This document shows positions 9,305 to 17,281 of a DNA stretch of 64,000 nt, one piece after another; position 1 is the stretch's first letter; every line of letters begins with the position of its first letter. Position numbers and translations under genes: made by a program. The stretch is from an uncultured Candidatus Saccharibacteria bacterium (lineage in GTDB: Bacteria; Patescibacteriota; Minisyncoccia; UBA6257; Colwellbacteraceae): contig CAZXPC010000002.1 of NCBI GenBank assembly GCA_964643135.1, positions 73,049-137,048 of the forward strand. Direction: 5' to 3'. The notes beneath the pieces were generated by a model that was given only the letters and a program-made list of their open reading frames with translations, had not been told where the DNA came from and did no database searches.

Positions 9305-10129
9305 ATGACAAAAACAACAGCAGATCTTGAGGCAAATTTGGAAGAAGCGCAGAAATTAGAAGCCGCTGAACCGGAGGTGACTTTGACCCCCGCTGAAGAA
9401 ACTGAAATGAAAGCCATGATTGAGGCGAATGTTTTCTATGGCCACGCGAAGTCTAAGACCAATCCGAAGAACCGGCCACACATTGCCGCCACAAAATCAG
9501 GCGTTGAAATAATCGACCTTTTAAAGACTATCAAAGCCACCGAAGCTGTTGCCAAGCTCATCAAAGACAAAGTTTCAAAAGGCGGCACTATTTTATTCGT
9601 AGGTACGACTTCGGCTGCGAAATTTGCTGTTAAAGAAACTGCGGTGAAGCTCGGCATGCCGTATGTGACCGAGCGCTGGTTGGGTGGAACCTTAACTAAC
9701 TTCAAAACCATCTCTTCGCGCGTATCTTACTTCAAGAAGCTGGAAGACGACAAAAAGACCGGCCGCTGGGAGAAATATACCAAGAAAGAGAGGGTCGGCA
9801 TCGATCGCGAGCTCAGCCGTTTCGAGAAGGTTTTGCGAGGCATCAGCGCCATGGACAAGATGCCGGCGGCCGTGTTTGTAGCCGACTTGGGTACCAACGA
9901 GATTGCCGCTCATGAAGCTCGACGTATGAAGATACCGTCGATCGCGCTTGTTAACACCACTTCCGACCCGGACTTAGTTAACTACGCTATCCCGGCCAAC
10001 GATCGCAACTCAAAGAGCGTGGTTTATATCTTGTCCAAGATCGAAGCCGCTGTTGAAGAAGGTAGAAAGGCTGCCAAGGCAGCTGAGGACGCGAAGATTG
10101 TGAACGTGACCAAAACTCAGTCGGCTTAA
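9305..10129 (+). CDS. rpsB: 30S ribosomal protein S2, with an acidic N-terminal extension (alternative start at 9407)
   Basis: …VFYGHAKSKTNPK…ILFVGTTSAAKFAVKETAVKLGMPYVTERWLGGTLTNFKTI… matches the S2 core. Confidence 0.85.
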   Translation: MTKTTADLEANLEEAQKLEAAEPEVTLTPAEETEMKAMIEANVFYGHAKSKTNPKNRPHIAATKSGVEIIDLLKTIKATEAVAKLIKDKVSKGGTILFVGTTSAAKFAVKETAVKLGMPYVTERWLGGTLTNFKTISSRVSYFKKLEDDKKTGRWEKYTKKERVGIDRELSRFEKVLRGISAMDKMPAAVFVADLGTNEIAAHEARRMKIPSIALVNTTSDPDLVNYAIPANDRNSKSVVYILSKIEAAVEEGRKAAKAAEDAKIVNVTKTQSA

Positions 10130-10144
10130 TCTTTCAACCAAAAC

Positions 10145-10591
10145 ATGATTGATCCAACATTAGTTCAAAAGTTACGAGTTGAAACTGGCGCGGGGATTAT
10201 GGAATGTAAAAAAGCGCTTTTGGAAGCGAACGGCGATTACGACCGCGCGCGAGAATTGGTTCAGGAGAAAGGCGTGGCTAAGGCCGAAAAGAGGGCCGAC
10301 CGCGAGGCCGGCGCCGGCTTGGTTCACTCATACATTCATAACGGTCGTGTAGGTGTTTTGCTCCAGCTTAATTGCGAGACTGATTTTGTGGCCAGGAACG
10401 AGCAGTTTAAGGAATTGGCGCACAACATTGTGATGCAAATTGCCTCGATGAACCCGCAGACCGACGAAGAGCTCTTGTCCTCGCCCTACATCAAAGACCC
10501 ATCTATGACGGTTGATGCGCTAATTAAGGCTTCAATTGCTAAGATCGGCGAGAATATCAAGGTAGGCAAGTTTATACGCTACGAGGTCTAA
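10145..10591 (+). CDS. tsf: Elongation factor Ts, very short 148-aa form
   Basis: LRVETGAGIMECKKALLEANGDYDRARELV (UBA-like N-terminus) and …LNCETDFVARNEQF. Confidence 0.8.
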   Translation: MIDPTLVQKLRVETGAGIMECKKALLEANGDYDRARELVQEKGVAKAEKRADREAGAGLVHSYIHNGRVGVLLQLNCETDFVARNEQFKELAHNIVMQIASMNPQTDEELLSSPYIKDPSMTVDALIKASIAKIGENIKVGKFIRYEV

Positions 10592-10611
10592 TTTAGTATA
10601 ATTAGTTAAAC

Positions 10612-10902
10612 ATGTACGACTTAATTTTGCAGGTGGTTTTAATGGCGTCCTTGGGGGCAATCATTTATGTTTTTGCTTTGGCTATTCCCCGAACCGACGG
10701 CACTTTTTCGGCGAAGTTTGAAAGGCTAAGAGGGTGGGTCAAGAACCTGCCCTTTCACCACGTTGATGAAGCGATTAACGCATCAAAAGATAAATTTTTG
10801 CGCAAGGCCAAGATCGTCGTCATGAAGACCGAGAACATCATCAACAAGAACTTAAATAAAGATAAGGATGGTACCGGCTTAACGCCTGGTTCACAGGCAT
10901 AA
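10612..10902 (+). CDS. Small membrane protein, hypothetical
   Basis: One TM helix and a Lys-rich C-terminus. Confidence 0.3.
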   Translation: MYDLILQVVLMASLGAIIYVFALAIPRTDGTFSAKFERLRGWVKNLPFHHVDEAINASKDKFLRKAKIVVMKTENIINKNLNKDKDGTGLTPGSQA

Positions 10903-10938
10903 TTGATTCTTATCTAGCGAGAGGGTAAACTACAACTC

Positions 10939-11029
10939 ATGTGTTTTGGGCGGATACCGAAGTGGTCAAACGGGGGTGACTGTAAATCACCTGGCATCGC
11001 CTTCGGAGGTTCGAATCCTCCTCCGCCCA
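10939..11029 (+). tRNA. tRNA-Tyr(GUA), type II with long variable arm; CCA encoded at 11030-11032
   Basis: Acceptor GGGCGGA/TCCGCCC. Anticodon loop CTGTAAA. T-arm GGAGG-TTCGAAT-CCTCC. Confidence 0.8.
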
Positions 11030-11058
11030 CCAATTTAATTCTTGAGAATTAAATTATT

Positions 11059-11130
11059 GCCACCCTAGCTCAATGGCAGAGCAACTCTTTTGTAAAGAGA
11101 AGGTTGGAGGTTCAAGTCCTCTGGGTGGCT
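11059..11130 (+). tRNA. tRNA-Thr(UGU)
   Basis: Acceptor GCCACCC/GGGTGGC. Anticodon loop TTTGTAA. T-arm GGAGG-TTCAAGT-CCTCT. One A·A mismatch at 27:43. Confidence 0.7.
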
Positions 11131-11131
11131 C

Positions 11132-11476
11132 ATGGAGAATCCAATTGATCAACCGCATACCGATCCGCTTGAAGACGCCAGAAAAGTGGCTAAAAATGCA
11201 CGTGAATCAATTAATGCAGAATTGCTCAAAGCCCTGAATCAAACTTGGCTTGAGTGTTTTAGCTCGGTCGCCACAGCCTTGGGGAATTACCTCAGCATAG
11301 CTAAGAAGAAGAACCTGGTGGACGAGAGAGAATATTCCCTTTGGGAGAGCCGGTTCGAGGGTGTTTTAAGCAAGATTAGACAATATAAGCAAGAATACGA
11401 TGCCGAAAGGAAGGTGATGCCAGAAGAATTGAAAGAAGAACTATTGGCTGACATTGATATTTTTAGAGAGGAGTAG
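11132..11476 (+). CDS. Hypothetical protein
   Basis: 114-aa ORF starting one nucleotide after tRNA-Thr(UGU). Confidence 0.3.
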   Translation: MENPIDQPHTDPLEDARKVAKNARESINAELLKALNQTWLECFSSVATALGNYLSIAKKKNLVDEREYSLWESRFEGVLSKIRQYKQEYDAERKVMPEELKEELLADIDIFREE

Positions 11477-11548
11477 CCTCTATTGGTTGATTAAGATATG
11501 CACTTGGAGTAGCTTGACCAACGATTTCCCATATCTTATAATAGTGGT

Positions 11549-12154
11549 GTGTCCAACTCCCTTTCAGAATCAGAATTGAAAAGACTTTATTTGGATAAGA
11601 AATATTCTTCTGCGAAAATAGCAAAGCTATTTAATTGTTCGATCCACAAAGTAAATTATTGGCTTTTAGCGTATGCGATTCCCAAGAGATCTATTTCGGA
11701 CGCTATTTATGCCAAGCATAATCCTAATGGAGATCCTTTCAAATTCAGTCCACCGAAGAGTATTGAGGATGCTAAACTATTCGGTTTAGGGATTGGCCTG
11801 TATTGGGGAGAGGGGACTAAGGCGAATCAGAATTCAATACGATTGGGCAATACAGATCCCTATTTGATTGAGAAATTTATCGAATTCTTGGTTAGATTTT
11901 TTAATATTCGGAGAGAGGACATGACTTTCGGGTTGCAACTATTTACTGATATAGATCCCAAAAAGGCTCTGGACTTTTGGGCAAAACACCTTAGAATAAA
12001 TAAACATCAGTTCAATAAGCCAGTTGTTACGATATCTGGTTCAATCGGAACCTACCGAAGAAAAAACGAATTCGGAGTTCTCACGGCCATGTATCATAAT
12101 AAAAAGCTCAGAGACTTGATGATTAGTTTGATTGCAGAATATAAGCCAATGTAG
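11549..12154 (+). CDS. LAGLIDADG-type homing-endonuclease-like protein (single motif, N-terminal HTH)
   Basis: Motif LFGLGIGLYWGEGTK matches the LAGLIDADG pattern. The N-terminus has an HTH-like segment. The stop codon overlaps the 5' end of the intron-bearing tRNA gene. Confidence 0.45.
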   Translation: MSNSLSESELKRLYLDKKYSSAKIAKLFNCSIHKVNYWLLAYAIPKRSISDAIYAKHNPNGDPFKFSPPKSIEDAKLFGLGIGLYWGEGTKANQNSIRLGNTDPYLIEKFIEFLVRFFNIRREDMTFGLQLFTDIDPKKALDFWAKHLRINKHQFNKPVVTISGSIGTYRRKNEFGVLTAMYHNKKLRDLMISLIAEYKPM

Positions 12155-12410
12155 CTCAGTCGGTAGAGCAACTCCATGGTGGCTCGCGTAGAAATACAGA
12201 AGCCTGCCCACTAGATCGGTAACGGTTTAGTGAATCCCGAATAACGGTTAATAGCCTGATTAGGGCCAAGACCGTGGCGCAGATAGCTGCGCCCGAACGA
12301 CTGACAAGGGAATCCGATAAAATCGGATTAAGATACAGTCTAGCCCTCATATAACCAAGTTGAGGTGTAAGCGAAGGAGTAGGTCGTCGGTTCAATTCCG
12401 ACCATTGGCT
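12145..12410 (+). tRNA. tRNA-Thr(GGU) interrupted by a ~193-nt group I-like intron between positions 36 and 37
   Basis: 5' exon 12145-12180: GCCAATG-TA-GCTC-AGTCGGTA-GAGC-A-ACTCC-ATGGT. 3' exon 12374-12410: AA-GGAGT-AGGTC-GTCGG-TTCAATT-CCGAC-CATTGGC-T. The last exon nucleotide is U and the last intron nucleotide is G, as group I splicing requires. Confidence 0.6.
12181..12373 (+). ncRNA. Candidate small group I intron in the tRNA-Thr anticodon loop
   Basis: Contains AAGATACAGTCTAGCC (compare group I S element AAGAUAUAGUCC), an upstream GACTGACAAGG (R-like, P7 pairing GACUG/CAGUC) and ACTAGATCGG. Terminal G present. Confidence 0.5.
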
Positions 12411-12603
12411 CATAAATAAAATTGCTCAACTTTATGTTGGGCGATTTTATTTCTATGACATTGTGGTCGAATTGAACGGGAAGGGGGTCGGGAAAACGGT
12501 AGTTTTCCCGTAGCGGAAGGCTTGAAACCGCTGGGTTTCAAAGCGCAAGCCGATGTATATCGACTGAGCAGTGAAATAGCGAAGCGTCCGACCATTGGCT
12601 CAG
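12411..12603 (+). repeat. tRNA-flanking element, copy 1
   Basis: Opens with an inverted degenerate copy of the tRNA 3' arm (ATTGTGGTCGAATTGAACGG), then a conserved core GGGAAGGGGGTCGGGAAAACGGTAGTTTTCCCGTAGCGGAA…AAACCGCTGGGTTT, and ends with a direct copy of the tRNA 3' end lacking the T-loop (AGCGAAGCGTCCGACCATTGGCTCA). Confidence 0.5.
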
Positions 12604-12670
12604 GAATTGTCTGTGAACTTGCCATTTTTACGGTAATCATTTAATATACCCACTATCTAAATTAAACGTT

Positions 12671-12841
12671 ATGGGAAAGAAATTATCGGAAAACCTAATA
12701 AGACTGCGTTGCGCGACCTGCAAGCGTATTAACTATTACACTCGTAAGAACAAGAAGACCGTGGAGAAGAAGCTTGACTACAAGAAATTCTGTAACTGGT
12801 GCCGCCTTCACACGACTCACAAGGAAATTAAAGTTAAATAA
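12671..12841 (+). CDS. rpmG: 50S ribosomal protein L33 (56 aa; absent from the ORF track)
   Basis: MGKKLSENLIRLRCATCKRINYYTRKNKKTVEKKLDYKKFCNWCRLHTTHKEIKVK, with the Cys4 zinc ribbon of L33. Confidence 0.8.
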   Translation: MGKKLSENLIRLRCATCKRINYYTRKNKKTVEKKLDYKKFCNWCRLHTTHKEIKVK

Positions 12842-12848
12842 CGTTCGC

Positions 12849-12962
12849 CTCCGAAATCCGATCTACCCTTCAGGGCACAGGATAAATTTGGGGCTCAAAT
12901 TTTCCTTTCCGCTCGCCTACCCGGCTCCGCGAATCCCTTCAGAATAGATCCGGATTTCTCGG
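12849..12962 (+). repeat. Long imperfect hairpin closed by CTCCGAAATCCGATCTA / TAGATCCGGATTTCTCGG with a T-rich tail; member of a GAAATCCGA-stem family
   Basis: 17-18 nt inverted repeat enclosing ~80 nt, followed by GGATTTTTTGATTTG. A homologous closing stem occurs at 56207..56379. Confidence 0.5.
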
Positions 12963-13008
12963 CTGTGCTTCAGTGGATTTTTTGATTTGTTTGAAGTAAG
13001 ATAGGGCT

Positions 13009-13326
13009 ATGAAAATCAACATCACTGGCAATAACCTGGAGTTGACTCCGGCTCTTAAGGAGTATATCGAGAATCATTTGGGCACCTTGAGCAAACTACT
13101 CGGCAAATATGACGCTGATGCTGTGCAGGCGCACATTGTGGTGGCGCGGACGACCAAGCACCACAGCCACGGCGACGTCTACCAAGCTGAAATTTATCTC
13201 ACGATTCCCAAAAAATCGATTGCGGTTAAGGCCGATGCGGGGGATGCGCGGATTGCTATCGATGTTTCGGTTGATAAGCTGAAGCACGAAATTGTTAAAC
13301 ACAAAGAACAGACTTTAGGGCACTAG
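13009..13326 (+). CDS. hpf: Ribosome hibernation promoting factor (HPF/RaiA family, short form)
   Basis: MKINITGNNLELTPALKEYIE…HIVVARTT…YQAEIYL…DVSVDKLKHEIVKHKE, typical sigma-54 modulation/YfiA fold signature. Confidence 0.8.
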   Translation: MKINITGNNLELTPALKEYIENHLGTLSKLLGKYDADAVQAHIVVARTTKHHSHGDVYQAEIYLTIPKKSIAVKADAGDARIAIDVSVDKLKHEIVKHKEQTLGH

Positions 13327-13344
13327 CTCGGGATTTTAATATTT

Positions 13345-15930
13345 ATGTCTATTTTATCGAAACTTTTTAAGTTCGGGGGCGAAAAGGCTCCGGGAGAAAT
13401 TGCTATCATCAATTCGCTTGAAGAAGAGCTGAAGTCTTTGCCCAACGAAAAAATTCGCGAAGAATCTTTGGCTTTGCGCGACCGAGTTAAAAACGGCGAA
13501 AGCCTGAACGCAGTTTTGCCGAGAGCTTATGCTTTGGTGCGCGAGTCAGCTCGGCGCACCTTGAATCAGCGCCACTTCGATGTTCAGCTTTGGGGCGGCA
13601 TTGTTTTACATAGCGGCGCGATTGCCGAAATGTTTACGGGCGAGGGTAAAACTTTAACCGCGACCTCGCCGGCTTATTTAAATGCTTTGGAAGGCAAGGG
13701 CGTGCATGTGGTTACCGTCAATGACTACCTGGCCAAGCGTGATGCGGTTTGGATGGGCCAGATTTATTATTTTCTAGGCCTCACGACCGCCTGCATCTTG
13801 CACGACTCGGCTTTTATCTATGACCCGTCATGGAAAGTTCAGAAAGAAAACACCGAAGAAATGGCGGCGACTGATAAAGAGCGCGACATAAAAGGCGGGT
13901 TTCAAGTTGAGATGGATTATCTCCGTCCTATTTCGAGAAAAGAGGCCTACTTGGCCGACATCACTTATGGAACTAACCATGAGTTCGGTTTTGATTACCT
14001 GCGGGACAATTTAAGCCACACCATAGAAGGCCGGGTTCAGCGCGAATTGAATTTTGCGGTTATCGACGAGGTTGACTCGATTTTAATTGATGAGGCCAGG
14101 ACGCCGCTCATTATTTCGGTGCCCGATACTGAATCATCTGAATTTTACAAAGTCTTTTCGCGGGCGGTCCGCAACTTGAAGAAAGACGAGGACTATGTGG
14201 TTGATGAAAAGTTGAAATCGGTTGAGATCTTGGAGCCGGGGATCGATAAAATCGAGGCCTTTACTGGAGTTAAGGATCTATACGCCGCCGAGAATATCCG
14301 GCTGGTTCATTTCTTAGAAGCCAGCCTTAAAGCCCATGCGCTATTCCACTTAGATAAAGACTACGTGGTTCGCAAAAACGGCGATGGTCAGGGCGAGATC
14401 GTGATCGTCGACCAATTTACGGGCCGCTTAATGCTCGGCCGCCGCTACTCAGCCGGCTTGCACCAGGCGATTGAGGCTAAAGAGAATGTTCTGGTCAAAG
14501 AGGAAACCAGGACTTACGCCCAGATTTCGATCCAGAATTATTTTAGGCTTTACCAGAAGATTTCCGGCATGACCGGCACGGCCCAAACTTCGGCCGAAGA
14601 ATTCCACAAGGTTTATAAACTTGAGGTGTATACTATTCCGTCGAACAGGAAATTTGTGAGAGCTGATTTGCCGGACTTGGTTTTTAAGAATACCGAAGCC
14701 AAATATCGCGCCATGGTTGAAGACATGAGGGAACGCCACAAAAAAGGCCAGCCGATCCTGATCGGCACGGTCTCAATTGAGAAGAACGAGATGCTGGGCA
14801 AGGTTTTGCGCGACGCCGGCTTGCCTTTCGAAATATTGAATGCCAAAAACCACGAGCGTGAAGGCGCGATTATCGCTCAAGCGGGCCGCCTCGGCGCGAT
14901 CACGGTTGCCACCAACATGGCCGGTCGAGGCGTCGACATTATTTTAGGAGGCAACCCGCCGGACAAGGCCGAGGCTGAGAAAGTTCGCGCTTTAGGCGGC
15001 CTGCACATTATTGGCACGGAACGCCACGAAGCGCGGCGCATTGATAACCAGCTTCGCGGCCGCGCCGGCCGGCAAGGCGACCCGGGTTCATCGCAATTTT
15101 ACTTGTCTCTTGACGACGACCTCATGCGTATTTTTGGCGGCGACAGGATTAAAGGCATGATGGAGCGGTTTAAACTCGAAGATAACATTCCGATGAGCGG
15201 TATTGTTACGAAATCGATTGCTCAGGCTCAGTCGAGAGTTGAGGGTTTTAACTTCGATGCCCGCAAACATTTGCTCGAGTACGACGATGTGCTGAATAAG
15301 CAGAGAATCAATTATTATGCCCGCCGGCTGAATATTCTGGCTAACATAGCGAACGCCGAAGAAATAAAGAAAGTAGAAAAGGAATCTTTGGAGAGATATA
15401 TGGAGGTTTTTAACGGCCCGGACATTGAAGCCGACGAAATCAGAAAAATGATCGTGGCGACCGAGATTCTGCCGGCCGACGAGGCGGCTAAACATGACTA
15501 TAAAGAAGACCTTCTTAACGCTGCCCGCGAAACGGCTTTAGAAAAAATAGAGAAGCAGGAAGGCTGGAACTTTATCGGCCGGCAGATGTTGGCGGTGCTC
15601 GATATGTTCTGGATGACGCACTTGGAAGACATCGAGGCCTTAACCGAGTCGGTTCGCATGCGCGCTTATGCGCAGAAAGATCCGCTTGTAGAATACCGCC
15701 GCGAGAGCTACAAACTCTTTGAGGAGCTGAAATCTAATTTCGACGCCTGGGTTTTTAATAACGTCTTTAAGTTGGAGGTGGAAGCTAAGAAGATGGCTCA
15801 AGGCCAAATGTCGGGAAATGTTCCGAAAGTTGTTTTGAATACGCCTAAAGTGGAGTACAAAGATGTCGGCCGGAACGACCCCTGCCCGTGTGGCAGCGGC
15901 AAAAAATATAAGAACTGTCATGGAAGGTAA
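13345..15930 (+). CDS. secA: Preprotein translocase ATPase SecA
   Basis: DEAD-motor motifs (MFTGEGKTLTAT, VIDEVDSILIDEARTPLIIS, TNMAGRGVDI) and a C-terminal zinc finger CPCGSGKKYKNCHG. Confidence 0.95.
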   Translation: MSILSKLFKFGGEKAPGEIAIINSLEEELKSLPNEKIREESLALRDRVKNGESLNAVLPRAYALVRESARRTLNQRHFDVQLWGGIVLHSGAIAEMFTGEGKTLTATSPAYLNALEGKGVHVVTVNDYLAKRDAVWMGQIYYFLGLTTACILHDSAFIYDPSWKVQKENTEEMAATDKERDIKGGFQVEMDYLRPISRKEAYLADITYGTNHEFGFDYLRDNLSHTIEGRVQRELNFAVIDEVDSILIDEARTPLIISVPDTESSEFYKVFSRAVRNLKKDEDYVVDEKLKSVEILEPGIDKIEAFTGVKDLYAAENIRLVHFLEASLKAHALFHLDKDYVVRKNGDGQGEIVIVDQFTGRLMLGRRYSAGLHQAIEAKENVLVKEETRTYAQISIQNYFRLYQKISGMTGTAQTSAEEFHKVYKLEVYTIPSNRKFVRADLPDLVFKNTEAKYRAMVEDMRERHKKGQPILIGTVSIEKNEMLGKVLRDAGLPFEILNAKNHEREGAIIAQAGRLGAITVATNMAGRGVDIILGGNPPDKAEAEKVRALGGLHIIGTERHEARRIDNQLRGRAGRQGDPGSSQFYLSLDDDLMRIFGGDRIKGMMERFKLEDNIPMSGIVTKSIAQAQSRVEGFNFDARKHLLEYDDVLNKQRINYYARRLNILANIANAEEIKKVEKESLERYMEVFNGPDIEADEIRKMIVATEILPADEAAKHDYKEDLLNAARETALEKIEKQEGWNFIGRQMLAVLDMFWMTHLEDIEALTESVRMRAYAQKDPLVEYRRESYKLFEELKSNFDAWVFNNVFKLEVEAKKMAQGQMSGNVPKVVLNTPKVEYKDVGRNDPCPCGSGKKYKNCHGR

Positions 15931-15962
15931 AAGCGTTAAGTAATTTCAAGGAAATTTGGCAA

Positions 15963-16349
15963 ATGAGACAAATTACGAAACGTTTGATTGATGGAGCCGA
16001 TCTGAGAGAAGGGATCACTGCTATAGCTAAAGAAAATAATATTAAGGCTGGAGTTATTATCTCGGCGGTAGGGAGTTTGAAGAAGGCTAACCTAAGGATG
16101 GCAGGAGGGGAAACTTCAAGATCTTGGGACGGACCGCTTGAGATCGTTTCGGCGACAGGAACCCTATCGCAAGATGGCATGCACATACATATCTCTGTCT
16201 CCGACAAAGATGGCAGTGTTTTTGGCGGCCACTTGAGCGAGGGTTGTTTCGTTCGGACGACGGTGGAGATCGTTGTCTTAACTTTTGACGACGCTGAATA
16301 TAAAAGGGAGTTGGACGATACGACGGGCTACAAAGAGTTGAAAGTTTAG
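15963..16349 (+). CDS. PPC/DUF296-domain protein (predicted DNA-binding)
   Basis: …GPLEIVSATGTL…HIHISVSDKDGSVFGGHL… matches the PPC-domain signature. Confidence 0.55.
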   Translation: MRQITKRLIDGADLREGITAIAKENNIKAGVIISAVGSLKKANLRMAGGETSRSWDGPLEIVSATGTLSQDGMHIHISVSDKDGSVFGGHLSEGCFVRTTVEIVVLTFDDAEYKRELDDTTGYKELKV

Positions 16350-16390
16350 GTAGTTGGCAATTCTTCCTGCATAAGGTTATAATTTTTCTA

Positions 16391-17278
16391 ATGTTCAAGG
16401 ATGTTAAAAGTGTGTTGATGATCTTCGGGTATATTCTGCTTTCAATGGTGGCGATTGTCTTTTTCCCGCAGCTCGACAAAATGATATCGCCAAGCAATGT
16501 TCCGGCAAATCTAAACCCTTGCTGCTACCATTCAATCCCTGGTCCGATTACATTCATTGGCACCGGTCTCGCCCTTTCTTTATTTACTGCTTGTCTTTTA
16601 TATTTCGGTCTCGCCTCCAAAATGCAGGCCTACAAAAAGTTTTTTCTCTACGCCATTCTTTATAATGTCTTAATCATAATAATTAAATTCACTTTAGCTC
16701 CATTCAATTTATATTCTTACAATCAGCAAACCCCGTTTCTTATTGGCGTAGACCCCCTAGCCAATCTCAAGGGTCAGCCTCTTCTCACTCTTATTTTCGT
16801 TAGCCTGTTTGCCTTGGCTCTATACTTACTGATTTTTTATATCATTAACAAAGTTTCAAGAAATGAACTCAATCAGAGCTTAACAAAAGGCACGGCGTTA
16901 AAAACTGGTTTTCCATTTTTTGCTACAATTTTAACTTTCCTGATTCTAATAATAACGTCGATTTTACCTTTTGCCATGTTTATTATCCCAGGCTTGGGCG
17001 GGGCGTTCGGCAATTATTTAATGGACATTCTCTGGACAGGTCCAGTTTTCGGCATCATAATCGCCCTGCTTTTATTGGCGGCTGTTGTGCTCTGCGGCAA
17101 AGCTAGCCAGTCGGCAGCCTCAGCCGCTTTGGCTGTGAAAGATGTGGCTATTCTGAATTCTTTTATCATCGTTGGCTTTGGTCTTCTAATCTTTTTCCAT
17201 TTTCTCTGGGTCGTTTATATGTTTACGCTGGCTACGCTTTGGCCTTTTAATGTGGCCTACCCGGGCGGCGGCAAATAA
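16391..17278 (+). CDS. Polytopic membrane protein (~8 TM), hypothetical
   Basis: Hydrophobic throughout. 4-nt gap to the downstream UbiA-family gene, so probably co-transcribed. Confidence 0.4.
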   Translation: MFKDVKSVLMIFGYILLSMVAIVFFPQLDKMISPSNVPANLNPCCYHSIPGPITFIGTGLALSLFTACLLYFGLASKMQAYKKFFLYAILYNVLIIIIKFTLAPFNLYSYNQQTPFLIGVDPLANLKGQPLLTLIFVSLFALALYLLIFYIINKVSRNELNQSLTKGTALKTGFPFFATILTFLILIITSILPFAMFIIPGLGGAFGNYLMDILWTGPVFGIIIALLLLAAVVLCGKASQSAASAALAVKDVAILNSFIIVGFGLLIFFHFLWVVYMFTLATLWPFNVAYPGGGK

Positions 17279-17281
17279 GCG

